A stretch of DNA of 64,000 nucleotides from Candidatus Curtissbacteria bacterium. GTDB lineage: Bacteria; Patescibacteriota; Microgenomatia; Curtissbacterales; GWA2-41-24. The position numbers were made by a program, and so were the translations under genes. Position 1 is the first letter of the stretch, and every line of letters begins with the position of its first letter. Where the stretch lies: the NCBI GenBank assembly GCA_030647775.1, contig JAUSJC010000010.1, forward strand, positions 136,718-200,717, given 5' to 3'. Of this stretch, positions 50,704 through 59,706 are shown one piece after another. Under the pieces are notes generated by a model, which worked only from the letters and a program-made list of their open reading frames with translations, was not told where the DNA came from and made no database searches.

Positions 50704-51473
50704 CAAAACCTAAAGTTTGTATTTTGAGGACTGACGGCACCAATTGCGACGAAGAACTTTTCTATGCGTTCGAAAAATTCGGCGCATCTCCGAAATTTGT
50801 CCATGTAAATGAATTGAGGGGCAAAAGTAAACGCTTAAAAGAATTTAATATCTTAGCGCTTCCCGGAGGGTTTACTTATGGGGATGATGTCGCCTCCGGG
50901 AAAATCTTGGCGGTAGAACTTGTTAGTTTTTTGAAAAATGAAATAGAAGATTTCGTCGCCAAATATGGACTGGTCATTGGTATCTGCAATGGATTTCAAA
51001 CTCTAATCAGAACTGGCCTTCTGCCATTTACGAAATTCGGCCAAATGGATGCAACCCTCGCCCAAAACGAGAGCGGCCATTTTGAATGCCGCTGGATTAA
51101 AGTAAAAGTTCAAAAAAGTAAGTGCGTTTTTTTACCCCAGTCAAATGAAATTTTTGACATTGCAGTTAATCACGGGGAAGGCAGAATTGATGCTCCCCAA
51201 AATATCATCAAGAAGATTGAGAATGAAGATCTTGTCGTTTTAAAATACGTTGATGAAAAAGGAAACCCAACCCAAAAGTATCCCCAAAATCCAAACGGAT
51301 CGGTGAATGCCATTGCCGGAATTTGCAACCAAACAGGGAGAATTTTAGGCCTTATGCCTCACCCGGAAAAATTTGTTGACGCTACTCAATACCCAAATTG
51401 GAGAAGATCAGTTAGTGGTAACTCTCCGGGCTTTATTATAAAAAACATGGTAAAATTCGCCCAAAGCTCATGA
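50700..51473 (+). CDS. purQ: FGAM synthase glutaminase subunit
   Basis: GTNCD, PGGF.YGD, GICNGFQ, MPHPE; GTG at 50700. Confidence 0.96.
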   Translation: MTKPKVCILRTDGTNCDEELFYAFEKFGASPKFVHVNELRGKSKRLKEFNILALPGGFTYGDDVASGKILAVELVSFLKNEIEDFVAKYGLVIGICNGFQTLIRTGLLPFTKFGQMDATLAQNESGHFECRWIKVKVQKSKCVFLPQSNEIFDIAVNHGEGRIDAPQNIIKKIENEDLVVLKYVDEKGNPTQKYPQNPNGSVNAIAGICNQTGRILGLMPHPEKFVDATQYPNWRRSVSGNSPGFIIKNMVKFAQSS

Positions 51474-52564
51474 AAAAAATAACTTATGCCCAAGTCGGCG
51501 ATGATTATGACACCAAAGACCCTGTCAAAAAATTAGCACAGCTTGCGGCCCGCCAGACAATCATAAAAGAAAAATCGGGTTTCAAAGAAATTTCCGACAG
51601 TCGCGGAGAATCCGCTTTTGTCTGGGAGCAAGATGGTATTTTAATGGCATCCGTAGTCGAAGGGCTCGGCACCAAAAACCTAGTCGCCGACGCAATGCGC
51701 AGTGGCGCCAAAACGTATTACGATGTAATTGGATACGATACGGTTGCAACTATTATTAATGACCTGATTACGGTTGGAGCAAAACCGCGCGTGGTTCATG
51801 CGTATTGGGCAATCGAAGATAACAGCTGGTTAGAGGATAAAAGGAGGATGATTGATTTTATAAATGGTTGGCGCGAGGCTTGCATAATATCAATGGCGAC
51901 TTGGGGTGGAGGAGAAACACCAACGTTAAAAGGTGTTATAGAAAAGGGAACGATAGATTTAGGCGGGTCAGCCTTTGGGGTTATAGGAGATAGAAAGCGA
52001 CTTATAACAGACAAAAAATTAAAGGCAGGAGATAGAATAATCCTAGTTAAATCAAACGGTATCAACTGTAATGGGCTTTCACTGGCAAGAGCAGTTTCCA
52101 GAAAATTGCCAAATGGTTATCAGACAAAACTTCCAAGTGGAAAAACTTATGGTGAAGCACTTTTAACTAAAACAAACATTTACGCCAAACTCATCCAGAA
52201 TCTTTTAGATGCGGATATTGATATTCATTACATTTCTAACATTACCGGGCATGGATTAAGGAAGGTCATGCGGGCGCGAGGCAACTTCACTTATATTATA
52301 GATAAGATCTTTAAGCCTCAAGAGATTTTTACTTTTATCCAAAAACATGCAAATCTTTCAGATGACGAAATGTATCAAACATTTAATATGGGTCAAGACT
52401 ATGCGCTTTTTATTCAAGCCGAAGATGTAATAAAAACTCAGGAGATAATAAGAAAAAATAGATTTGAGAGTCTTGATGCGGGCTATGTTGAAAAAGGTCC
52501 TCGCCGAGTCATTATTAAACCGAAAGATATAATCTTTGAATCCGAAACATTAGACCTTAGATAA
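51470..52564 (+). CDS. purM: AIR synthase
   Basis: EGLGTK, GGETP, S.G...NG.SLAR, NITG.G, TFNMG. Confidence 0.92.
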   Translation: MKKITYAQVGDDYDTKDPVKKLAQLAARQTIIKEKSGFKEISDSRGESAFVWEQDGILMASVVEGLGTKNLVADAMRSGAKTYYDVIGYDTVATIINDLITVGAKPRVVHAYWAIEDNSWLEDKRRMIDFINGWREACIISMATWGGGETPTLKGVIEKGTIDLGGSAFGVIGDRKRLITDKKLKAGDRIILVKSNGINCNGLSLARAVSRKLPNGYQTKLPSGKTYGEALLTKTNIYAKLIQNLLDADIDIHYISNITGHGLRKVMRARGNFTYIIDKIFKPQEIFTFIQKHANLSDDEMYQTFNMGQDYALFIQAEDVIKTQEIIRKNRFESLDAGYVEKGPRRVIIKPKDIIFESETLDLR

Positions 52565-52567
52565 AAA

Positions 52568-53050
52568 CTACTGTGCACTTGGTGTGGCCGAAGGTGTGGT
52601 GCTTGCCGGAGCCACAATACACGGTTCCAGTTTTGCTTTTTCGTCTGCAGTAAGAACCGAAGTGTCACCCCTTGTCATAACTCTTTGAATCGCATCTTGC
52701 GACAGTGCCTGTTCTGTACAGGCAATATTTACCTTTCCTACACCCGGCAGGTCAGCTTCGGTTTGAGGTTGTGTTTGAGAAACAGGGGCTTGAGCTTTGC
52801 TAAAAATGCCGTTTAAAAATCCCTGTTTAACACTTTGAAGTACGACGAGTGATGCAAAAAGCCCGACGAATATCCAAATTAGAAGAAAAATAGTGGCAAG
52901 ATAAATATTTACCTTTTGGAGTTTTTCAGTGTAATTAATTTTAAGAATAGAAATTCCCCTCTTTAGAGAAATCTCATTATTCGAGATATTTCTTTCTGTA
53001 GATTTTTTTAGTGGCATTATTTTTTGGGGGCAGAAATTAGAATTATGCAA
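52568..53050 (-). CDS. Hypothetical single-pass membrane protein (start uncertain)
   Basis: Transmembrane segment IYLATIFLLIWIFVGLF; two Cys in the C-terminal region. Confidence 0.65.
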   Translation of the reverse strand: MHNSNFCPQKIMPLKKSTERNISNNEISLKRGISILKINYTEKLQKVNIYLATIFLLIWIFVGLFASLVVLQSVKQGFLNGIFSKAQAPVSQTQPQTEADLPGVGKVNIACTEQALSQDAIQRVMTRGDTSVLTADEKAKLEPCIVAPASTTPSATPSAQ

Positions 53051-53094
53051 ATAACTTTAACCTAAAGCTAAAGTAAAATCAAGCAGCAAGCCAA

Positions 53095-53345
53095 CTATCC
53101 CTTAACTGGGACTTTAATGTCTTTGACAAGCTTTATCCCAATGCCGGCGATGTTAGATCCGCTCGAAGCAATAAATACCATTAAGAGATAAAAGTTGGCG
53201 CTTCAACATTAAATACTTGCGACGGTTTACTTTTCCTGGTCAGTACATTGGAGATTAAAAAGATAAGGAGAATGATCATCAAGACTCCCGCCGCCAAAAG
53301 CACATAGCCAATTATTTTATCGACTTTAATATCCCCAATTCCCAC
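53095..53345 (-). pseudogene. Probable frameshifted or internally deleted small membrane protein gene
   Basis: Frame 1 gives MGIGDIKVDKIIGYVLLAAG...APTFIS*; a second frame continues FYLLMVFIASSGSNIAGIGIKLVKDIKVPVKG*. Confidence 0.5.
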
Positions 53346-53402
53346 CGTATAAAAACTATAGCCTTTTTTGCATTTTTTGGAAAACCAGAGTAGAATACGT
53401 CA

Positions 53403-54416
53403 ATGGAGGCCTACAAACGCTACAAAATTGCAACTCTGGGCTCTCACTCCGCCCTGCAGATATTAAAAGGCGCCCACGACGAAGGATTTAAAACCCTCTT
53501 GGTTTGTACTTCCGACCGCATCTCACTTTACGGACGCTTTAATTTTATCGACAAAATAATCGAAATTAAAAGCTATTCGGATTTTCCAAAAATCGAAAGT
53601 ATACTAATAAAAGAAAAGGCAATCATTATTCCCCATGGCTCCTTTGTTGCCTATTTAGGGCTGGAAGAAAATAAGAAAATGAAGGTTCCTTACTTTGGCA
53701 ATAAAAAAGTCCTAGATTGGGAATCGGACCGGCTTAAACAAAGGGAATGGATGGAAAAAGCGGGAATCCCTGTCCCCCGAAAATATAATACACCAAATGA
53801 AATTGATAAACCCGTTCTTGTAAAAACATATGGTGCTGCCGGCGGTCATGGATACTTTTTTGCTAAAAACAAAAAACAATTTGCCCTTCGTATTAAAAGT
53901 CTTAAAAACAAACCGCATCTTATTCAAGAATATGTTATAGGTGTCCCGCTTTACATTCATTATTTTTATTCGCCACTTACCGATAAACTTGAGATCCTTT
54001 CAATTGATAAACGCTATGAAACCAACGTTGATTCGCTTGGCCGTATCCCCTCGCAAAACCAGCAAGGTTTAGGTATAGAACCTTCATTTGTAGTGGTTGG
54101 CAATAGCCCGCTCGTTCTTAGGGAATCGCTTTTAGCAGATGCCTTTGAAATGGGTGAAAGGGTAGTAAGGGAATCTAAAGAACTAATGCCGGGTGGTTTA
54201 TGGGGTCCTTTTTGCCTGGAAACGATTATCACCCCCCAGCAAAAGTTTTATATCATTGAGATTTCCTGCCGCATCGTTGCCGGGACTAACCTTTTTATTA
54301 ACGGGTCACCGTATGCTTCCCTTTATTACGACAAGGAAGTTTCTACGGGCCGTCGAATTGCTATGGAGATTAAAGACGCGATCAAATCGAAATCCTTGGC
54401 TAAAATTTTAAATTAA
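53403..54416 (+). CDS. purP: Archaeal-type formate-dependent FAICAR synthetase (ATP-grasp)
   Basis: IATLGSHSALQILKGA.DEGF, PHGSF, RYETN.D, LRESLL, GPFCLE, RIVAGTN. Confidence 0.9.
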   Translation: MEAYKRYKIATLGSHSALQILKGAHDEGFKTLLVCTSDRISLYGRFNFIDKIIEIKSYSDFPKIESILIKEKAIIIPHGSFVAYLGLEENKKMKVPYFGNKKVLDWESDRLKQREWMEKAGIPVPRKYNTPNEIDKPVLVKTYGAAGGHGYFFAKNKKQFALRIKSLKNKPHLIQEYVIGVPLYIHYFYSPLTDKLEILSIDKRYETNVDSLGRIPSQNQQGLGIEPSFVVVGNSPLVLRESLLADAFEMGERVVRESKELMPGGLWGPFCLETIITPQQKFYIIEISCRIVAGTNLFINGSPYASLYYDKEVSTGRRIAMEIKDAIKSKSLAKILN

Positions 54417-54417
54417 T

Positions 54418-55695
54418 ATGAAAAAATCACTTAAAAATTGGCAAGGGGTAACAGCCATTATCGGAGTCGATTGGGGAGATTCCGGCAAAGGTAGAATTAT
54501 CGACGATTTGGCTCAAAATGCCGATGTCGCTGCGCGTTTCAATGGTGGCGCGAATACTGGCCACACAATAGAGAATAACTTTGGTAAGTTCGCGCTCCAC
54601 ATTGTTCCATCGGGAATCTTTAATAAAAAAACAATCTGCCTCGTCGGTCGAGGCGTTGCCTGCGACCTGGAATCTTTAATCGACGATGAATTCAAACAAT
54701 TAAAAAAAGCGGGAGTTTCATGGCGAAACTTAATAATCGACCCGTCGGCAACTTTGACCATGCCGTGGCACAAGTTAAAAGATGGCCTTCGGGAAAATAC
54801 CCGCAGACAAAAAATCGGCACTACCGGCAGGGGAGTCGGTCCTGCTTATGCCGATAGAGTCGAAAGGGTAGGTCTACAAGTAGGCGATCTTTATAAAAAT
54901 GATTTTTCGAAGTTATTGAAAGAAGAAATCGATTTTCAGAATAAATATTTTGCTCTAGAACTTTCGTATCAAAAAATTCTAACTCAATTCCAAAATTATG
55001 CCAAAGTTACCAAACCACTTATTGGCAGGACAATACCTATTATGCAAAAAGCCATTCAAAAAGGCCAAAATATCCTTTTTGAAGGGGCACAAGGGTGGCT
55101 TTTGGATGTTGATGCCGGTACATACCCTTTCGTTACATCTTCAAATACGGGAATCATCGGTATTTGGAAATCATTTGATCTTCATCCCAAAAAAATCAAC
55201 AACATAATTGGTATTACCAAAGCTTACACAACGCGAGTCGGTGCCGGGCCCATACCCACCAAAATAGAAGGGCGAGAAAGGCAATTAATCATAGAAAAAG
55301 GTCACGAAATTGGCACCACATCCGGTCGGACTCGGGACCCCGGTTGGCTAGATCTGGTTTTATTAAAAGCGGCAGCCGAAGTTAATGGAGTAAATCAGCT
55401 GGCTCTTACCAAACTGGATATTTTTTCAGGTTTCAAAAAAATCAAAATTTGTGTCGGCTATACGATTGGTGATAAAAAAGTTGATTATTTGTCAGGAAAT
55501 GCCGACTTCTTATCAAAATGTAAACCTGTTTATATGGAATTAGATGGTTGGAAAAAAGATATCTCTAAAATAAGAAAATTTACCCTACTTCCAAAAGCCG
55601 CCCAAAATTATATAAGAACTATCGAAAAAATAACGAACGTACCAATCACATTTATAGGTGTGGGTCCAAAAAGGGAAGAAGTAATTTATGTCTAA
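54418..55695 (+). CDS. purA: Adenylosuccinate synthetase
   Basis: WGD.GKG, GG.NTGH, GTTG.G.GP.Y, FEGAQG, TRVG.GP. Confidence 0.98.
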   Translation: MKKSLKNWQGVTAIIGVDWGDSGKGRIIDDLAQNADVAARFNGGANTGHTIENNFGKFALHIVPSGIFNKKTICLVGRGVACDLESLIDDEFKQLKKAGVSWRNLIIDPSATLTMPWHKLKDGLRENTRRQKIGTTGRGVGPAYADRVERVGLQVGDLYKNDFSKLLKEEIDFQNKYFALELSYQKILTQFQNYAKVTKPLIGRTIPIMQKAIQKGQNILFEGAQGWLLDVDAGTYPFVTSSNTGIIGIWKSFDLHPKKINNIIGITKAYTTRVGAGPIPTKIEGRERQLIIEKGHEIGTTSGRTRDPGWLDLVLLKAAAEVNGVNQLALTKLDIFSGFKKIKICVGYTIGDKKVDYLSGNADFLSKCKPVYMELDGWKKDISKIRKFTLLPKAAQNYIRTIEKITNVPITFIGVGPKREEVIYV

Positions 55696-56779
55696 AAAAT
55701 CACAAAAACCCACAATTGCCGTTTTAGGCAGTCACAGTGCTCTTGATGTTTGTCGTGGCGCCAAGGACGAAGGTTTTGACACTCTGGTTGTTGTTGAAAA
55801 AGGCCGCGACAAAACTTATGCAAACTATTTTAAATCAAATGGCTCTTTAGGTTGCGTCGACGAAGTTCTATACGTCGAAAAATTTAAGGATATCCTAAAA
55901 CCAGAAATCATAAAAATCCTCAAAAGCAAAAATGCGATTTTCATTCCCCACAGGTCATTTGAAGTTTACATTAACAATTACGATGCTATAGAAAACGATT
56001 TTGACATTCCAATTTTTGGCAATCGCAGACTCCTGCGTGTAGAGGAAAGGACTGAAAAACCAAATCAATACGATCTTTTACAAAAAGCGGGTATTAGATT
56101 TCCTAAACAATTTAAAAGCCCAAACGATATCGACCGCCTGGTAATAGTAAAAGTCTTAGAAAATGAGCGAGGTTTTGAAAGAGCATTTTTTGTAGTCAAT
56201 TCAGTAGGCCAATATGAGGCAGAGTCGCAGAGATTGATCAAAGATGGAAGAATTACAAAGAAGGCCCTTGAAGAAGCAGTTATAGAAGAATTCCTTTTAG
56301 GAGTTCAGGTAAATTATAACTTTTTTTATTCCTCTCTCCATAATAGATTAGAACTGATCGGTACGGATACTAGAAGACAAACAAACTTAGATGGATTTAT
56401 AAGATTACCAGGAATTTATCAACATCAAGTTAGGGATAACGTCACTTACGAAGAGGCGGGTCACATTGCTGTAACAACGCTCGAGTCACTTTTAGAACCG
56501 GCTTTCGAAATCGGTGAAAGATTTGTAAATGCCGCGAAGGAAATGTTTACTCCGGGGGTTATCGGACCATTTAGTTTGCAGGCAGTTGTAACGCCCGGTC
56601 CGCCTAAAAAAGAAATAGTAGTTTTTGATGTATCACCAAGAATGCCGGGGAGCCCGGGAATCTTTGCTACACCTTATTCAGGCTATCTTTACGGGCAATC
56701 AATATCTATGGGAAGGCGAGTTGCCATTGAAATTAAAAATGCTTTAAAATCCAAGAAACTTTCTAAAATCACAACATGA
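55688..56779 (+). CDS. Second, divergent PurP-like ATP-grasp protein
   Basis: IAVLGSHSALDVC.GAKDEGF, PHRSF, RRQTNLDG, ESLLE, GPFSLQ. Confidence 0.85.
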   Translation: MSKKSQKPTIAVLGSHSALDVCRGAKDEGFDTLVVVEKGRDKTYANYFKSNGSLGCVDEVLYVEKFKDILKPEIIKILKSKNAIFIPHRSFEVYINNYDAIENDFDIPIFGNRRLLRVEERTEKPNQYDLLQKAGIRFPKQFKSPNDIDRLVIVKVLENERGFERAFFVVNSVGQYEAESQRLIKDGRITKKALEEAVIEEFLLGVQVNYNFFYSSLHNRLELIGTDTRRQTNLDGFIRLPGIYQHQVRDNVTYEEAGHIAVTTLESLLEPAFEIGERFVNAAKEMFTPGVIGPFSLQAVVTPGPPKKEIVVFDVSPRMPGSPGIFATPYSGYLYGQSISMGRRVAIEIKNALKSKKLSKITT

Positions 56780-58182
56780 GCAAAATTGATTTTACAAATT
56801 ACCAATCACCATTTTCCTGGCGTTATGGCTCGCAGGAGATGCGCCGGATATTTTCCGAAGTAAACAAGCGAAAAACTTGGCGCAAAGTTTGGGTAGCTTT
56901 AGCAAAAGCCCAAAAAAAAGCTGGACTTTTAACAGATGATGAATTCAACTCCATTAAAAAAAATGCCGAGAATATTGATATCGAAAGAGCCCACGAAATC
57001 GAAAAAGAAATATACCATGATTTAATGGCCGAAATCCGCACGTTTGCCGAGCAGTCAGGTAAATCCGGCGGCAAAATCCATCTCGGTTCGACCAGTACTG
57101 ATATTGAAGATAACGCCCAAATAATAAATATTCACGATGCTCTAAATATCATTGAAAAAGAATTGATAGAGTTGCTTAAGAGTTTTGCCGTAAGTATTCA
57201 AAAATACCAAAATCTGATTTGTATGGGTTACACCCATCTCCAGCCGGCCGAACCGACGACCTTAGGATACCGTTTTGCCACCTATGCCCAGGATTTATTG
57301 AACGATTTAAAACTCTTAAGATTTTTTAGACAAAACTTGCGGGCCAAAGGCATGAAAGGGGCAGTCGGAACCAGCGCTTCCTACGTAAAGTTATTAGATG
57401 GTAAATCGATTGACGCTTTTAAAATGAGTAGGCAAGTTATGGCAGACCTGGGTCTTGCCGAAACAATAGTTAACTATCAAACATACCCCAGAAAAACCGA
57501 TTTACATCTAACTTTTGTCCTTTCCGGGATTGCCCAGTCACTCCACAAATTCGCTTTTGACCTGAGGATTATGCAGTCTCCAAACTTTGGCGAGTGGTCA
57601 GAACCCCGCGGAGAAAAAAGGGTCGGTTCGTCTGCCATGCCGTTTAAAAGAAATCCCGATAAAGCCGAAAAAATTTGCTCCCTTGCCCGTTATATTTCGT
57701 CACTTACCGATATCGCTTGGAACAACGCCGCAAACACTCTTCTTGAGCGGACTTTAGACGACAGTGCTTCAAGAAGAATTTTTATTCCGGAATCATTTCT
57801 GGCTGCAGACGAGATCTTAAAAGTTACTACCGAGCTAGTTAAAGGCCTAGTTATCTTTGAAAAAAGTATCAAAAGGAATCTGGAAAAATTCGGCCCGTTT
57901 GCCGCAACCGAAACACTGATGATGGAAGCGGTCAAAAACGGCGCTGATAGGCAAAAGATCCATGAAGTAATTCGCGAGATTGCCATGGAATCCTGGAACG
58001 CGATGAATGACGACAAAAGTAACCCCTTGGTTGAAATGCTTAAAAAGGATAAAATAATTACGAAGTTTGTGAAACCTGATAAAATTTCATTACTGCTCGA
58101 TCCTGCCAAACATACAGGTCTAGCCCCAAAAAGGTGCCTGATGTTTTTGAAAGAATTACAGATGGAGATTAAAAATGAATAA
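56776..58182 (+). CDS. purB: Adenylosuccinate lyase
   Basis: IHLG.TS, GYTH.QPA, GAVGT, GSSAMPFKRNP. Confidence 0.97.
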   Translation: MSKIDFTNYQSPFSWRYGSQEMRRIFSEVNKRKTWRKVWVALAKAQKKAGLLTDDEFNSIKKNAENIDIERAHEIEKEIYHDLMAEIRTFAEQSGKSGGKIHLGSTSTDIEDNAQIINIHDALNIIEKELIELLKSFAVSIQKYQNLICMGYTHLQPAEPTTLGYRFATYAQDLLNDLKLLRFFRQNLRAKGMKGAVGTSASYVKLLDGKSIDAFKMSRQVMADLGLAETIVNYQTYPRKTDLHLTFVLSGIAQSLHKFAFDLRIMQSPNFGEWSEPRGEKRVGSSAMPFKRNPDKAEKICSLARYISSLTDIAWNNAANTLLERTLDDSASRRIFIPESFLAADEILKVTTELVKGLVIFEKSIKRNLEKFGPFAATETLMMEAVKNGADRQKIHEVIREIAMESWNAMNDDKSNPLVEMLKKDKIITKFVKPDKISLLLDPAKHTGLAPKRCLMFLKELQMEIKNE

Positions 58183-58738
58183 GCAAAGCTTTTCTGCGAA
58201 TAAGCTGAGCTTTTCTACGAATAAGCCGCAAGTTGCAATTATCATGGGGTCAGATTCAGATCTGGAGGTCATGTCCGAAGCCGCCAAAGTTTTGGATGAA
58301 TTCGGTATCGGTTATGAAATTTTAATTCTCTCTACGCACCGCGCGCCCGACCAAACAGCACAGTATGCAAAAAGCGCTAAAGCTAAAGGCATAAAAGTAA
58401 TAATTGCCGGCGCCGGCGGGGCAGCTGCCCTTCCGGGTTCGATAGCGTCCTTCACACCTCTTCCGGTAATCGGCGTTCCCGTAAAGGCAAAATCTTTGGA
58501 CGGGATAGACTCACTTCTTTCTATGTTCCAAATGCCGCCGGGCGTGCCGGTAGCCGTTGTTGGTATCAATGGGGCCAAAAATGCCGGTATCCTTGCCGCT
58601 CAAATCATTGGCGCATCCGACCCAAAAATTTCAAAAAAGGTTGTCGAATATAAAGAAAAAATCAAAAAAGAAGTCCTGGCAAAAAACTTAAAAGTTAAAA
58701 ACATTGGCTGGGAAGCGTATTTAAAGGGGAAAAAATGA
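58175..58738 (+). CDS. purE: N5-CAIR mutase / AIR carboxylase PurE
   Basis: IIMGSDSD, S.HR.P, IAGAG.AA.LPG, QMP.GVPVA. Confidence 0.97.
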   Translation: MNKQSFSANKLSFSTNKPQVAIIMGSDSDLEVMSEAAKVLDEFGIGYEILILSTHRAPDQTAQYAKSAKAKGIKVIIAGAGGAAALPGSIASFTPLPVIGVPVKAKSLDGIDSLLSMFQMPPGVPVAVVGINGAKNAGILAAQIIGASDPKISKKVVEYKEKIKKEVLAKNLKVKNIGWEAYLKGKK

Positions 58739-59706
58739 TAGATAAAAGACTTGTTATTAAAAATATCCCAAACGCCATAGATACAATCAATATTCCGAAA
58801 CTTGGAAAGAGAAATAGCGGCAAAGTCCGGGACTGGTACACAAAGGACAATCTGCGCATTCTTATTGCTACCGACAGAATTTCGGCTTTTGATAGGGTTT
58901 TGGGAACTGTCCCTTTCCGTGGAGCCGTTTTAAATCTCCTTTCAAAATTTTGGTTTGAAAAGACGCGAGATATTGTCCAAAACCACATGATTGGCACAAT
59001 TGATCCAAATGTTATGCTCGTTTCCGAGTGCCAAGCGCTCCCCGTTGAAGTTATTGTCCGCGGTTACATAACCGGTGTTACGCACACTTCGTTGTGGAGA
59101 AAATACTCCGAAGGGGAGAGAGTAATTTACGGCATAAAGTTTCCTGAAGGCTTAGTCAAAAACCAAAAACTCAAAAAACCGGTAATTACTCCGACTACCA
59201 GGGCAACCGCTCCGGGTGGGCATGATGAACCAATTACAGCAAAAGAGATTATAAAACAAAAATTAGTTTCCCCAAAAATTTGGAACCAAATCGAAAAAGT
59301 GGCAATTAAATTATTTGAAAGAGGTACTCGAATAGCCGATAAAGGCGGATTTGTTTTGGCAGACACTAAATACGAATTCGGCTTGGATAAGAACGGTAAA
59401 TTGATTCTAATTGATGAAATTCATACACCGGACAGCAGCCGTTTTTGGCTTAAAAGCACTTACAGGCAAAAATTTAAAAAAGGCGAAGAGGTAGAAAATT
59501 ACGATAAGGAAGTTATGCGAATATGGTTTGCCGACCAAGGGTATACCGGTCAGGGCAAACCGCCAAAATTATCAGCCGAAGTCGTAACGAAGGTAGCCGG
59601 ACGTTATATGGAAGTATACGAAAAATTAACCGGCGAAGAATTTAAGATAGACCTCTCCATTCCACAAAAAGAAAGAATCACAAGTAGTCTTGCCGCTTTA
59701 ATTTAA
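58735..59706 (+). CDS. purC: SAICAR synthetase
   Basis: GKVRD.Y, TDRISAFD, DTKYEFG, DEIHTPDSSRFW. Confidence 0.97.
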   Translation: MIDKRLVIKNIPNAIDTINIPKLGKRNSGKVRDWYTKDNLRILIATDRISAFDRVLGTVPFRGAVLNLLSKFWFEKTRDIVQNHMIGTIDPNVMLVSECQALPVEVIVRGYITGVTHTSLWRKYSEGERVIYGIKFPEGLVKNQKLKKPVITPTTRATAPGGHDEPITAKEIIKQKLVSPKIWNQIEKVAIKLFERGTRIADKGGFVLADTKYEFGLDKNGKLILIDEIHTPDSSRFWLKSTYRQKFKKGEEVENYDKEVMRIWFADQGYTGQGKPPKLSAEVVTKVAGRYMEVYEKLTGEEFKIDLSIPQKERITSSLAALI

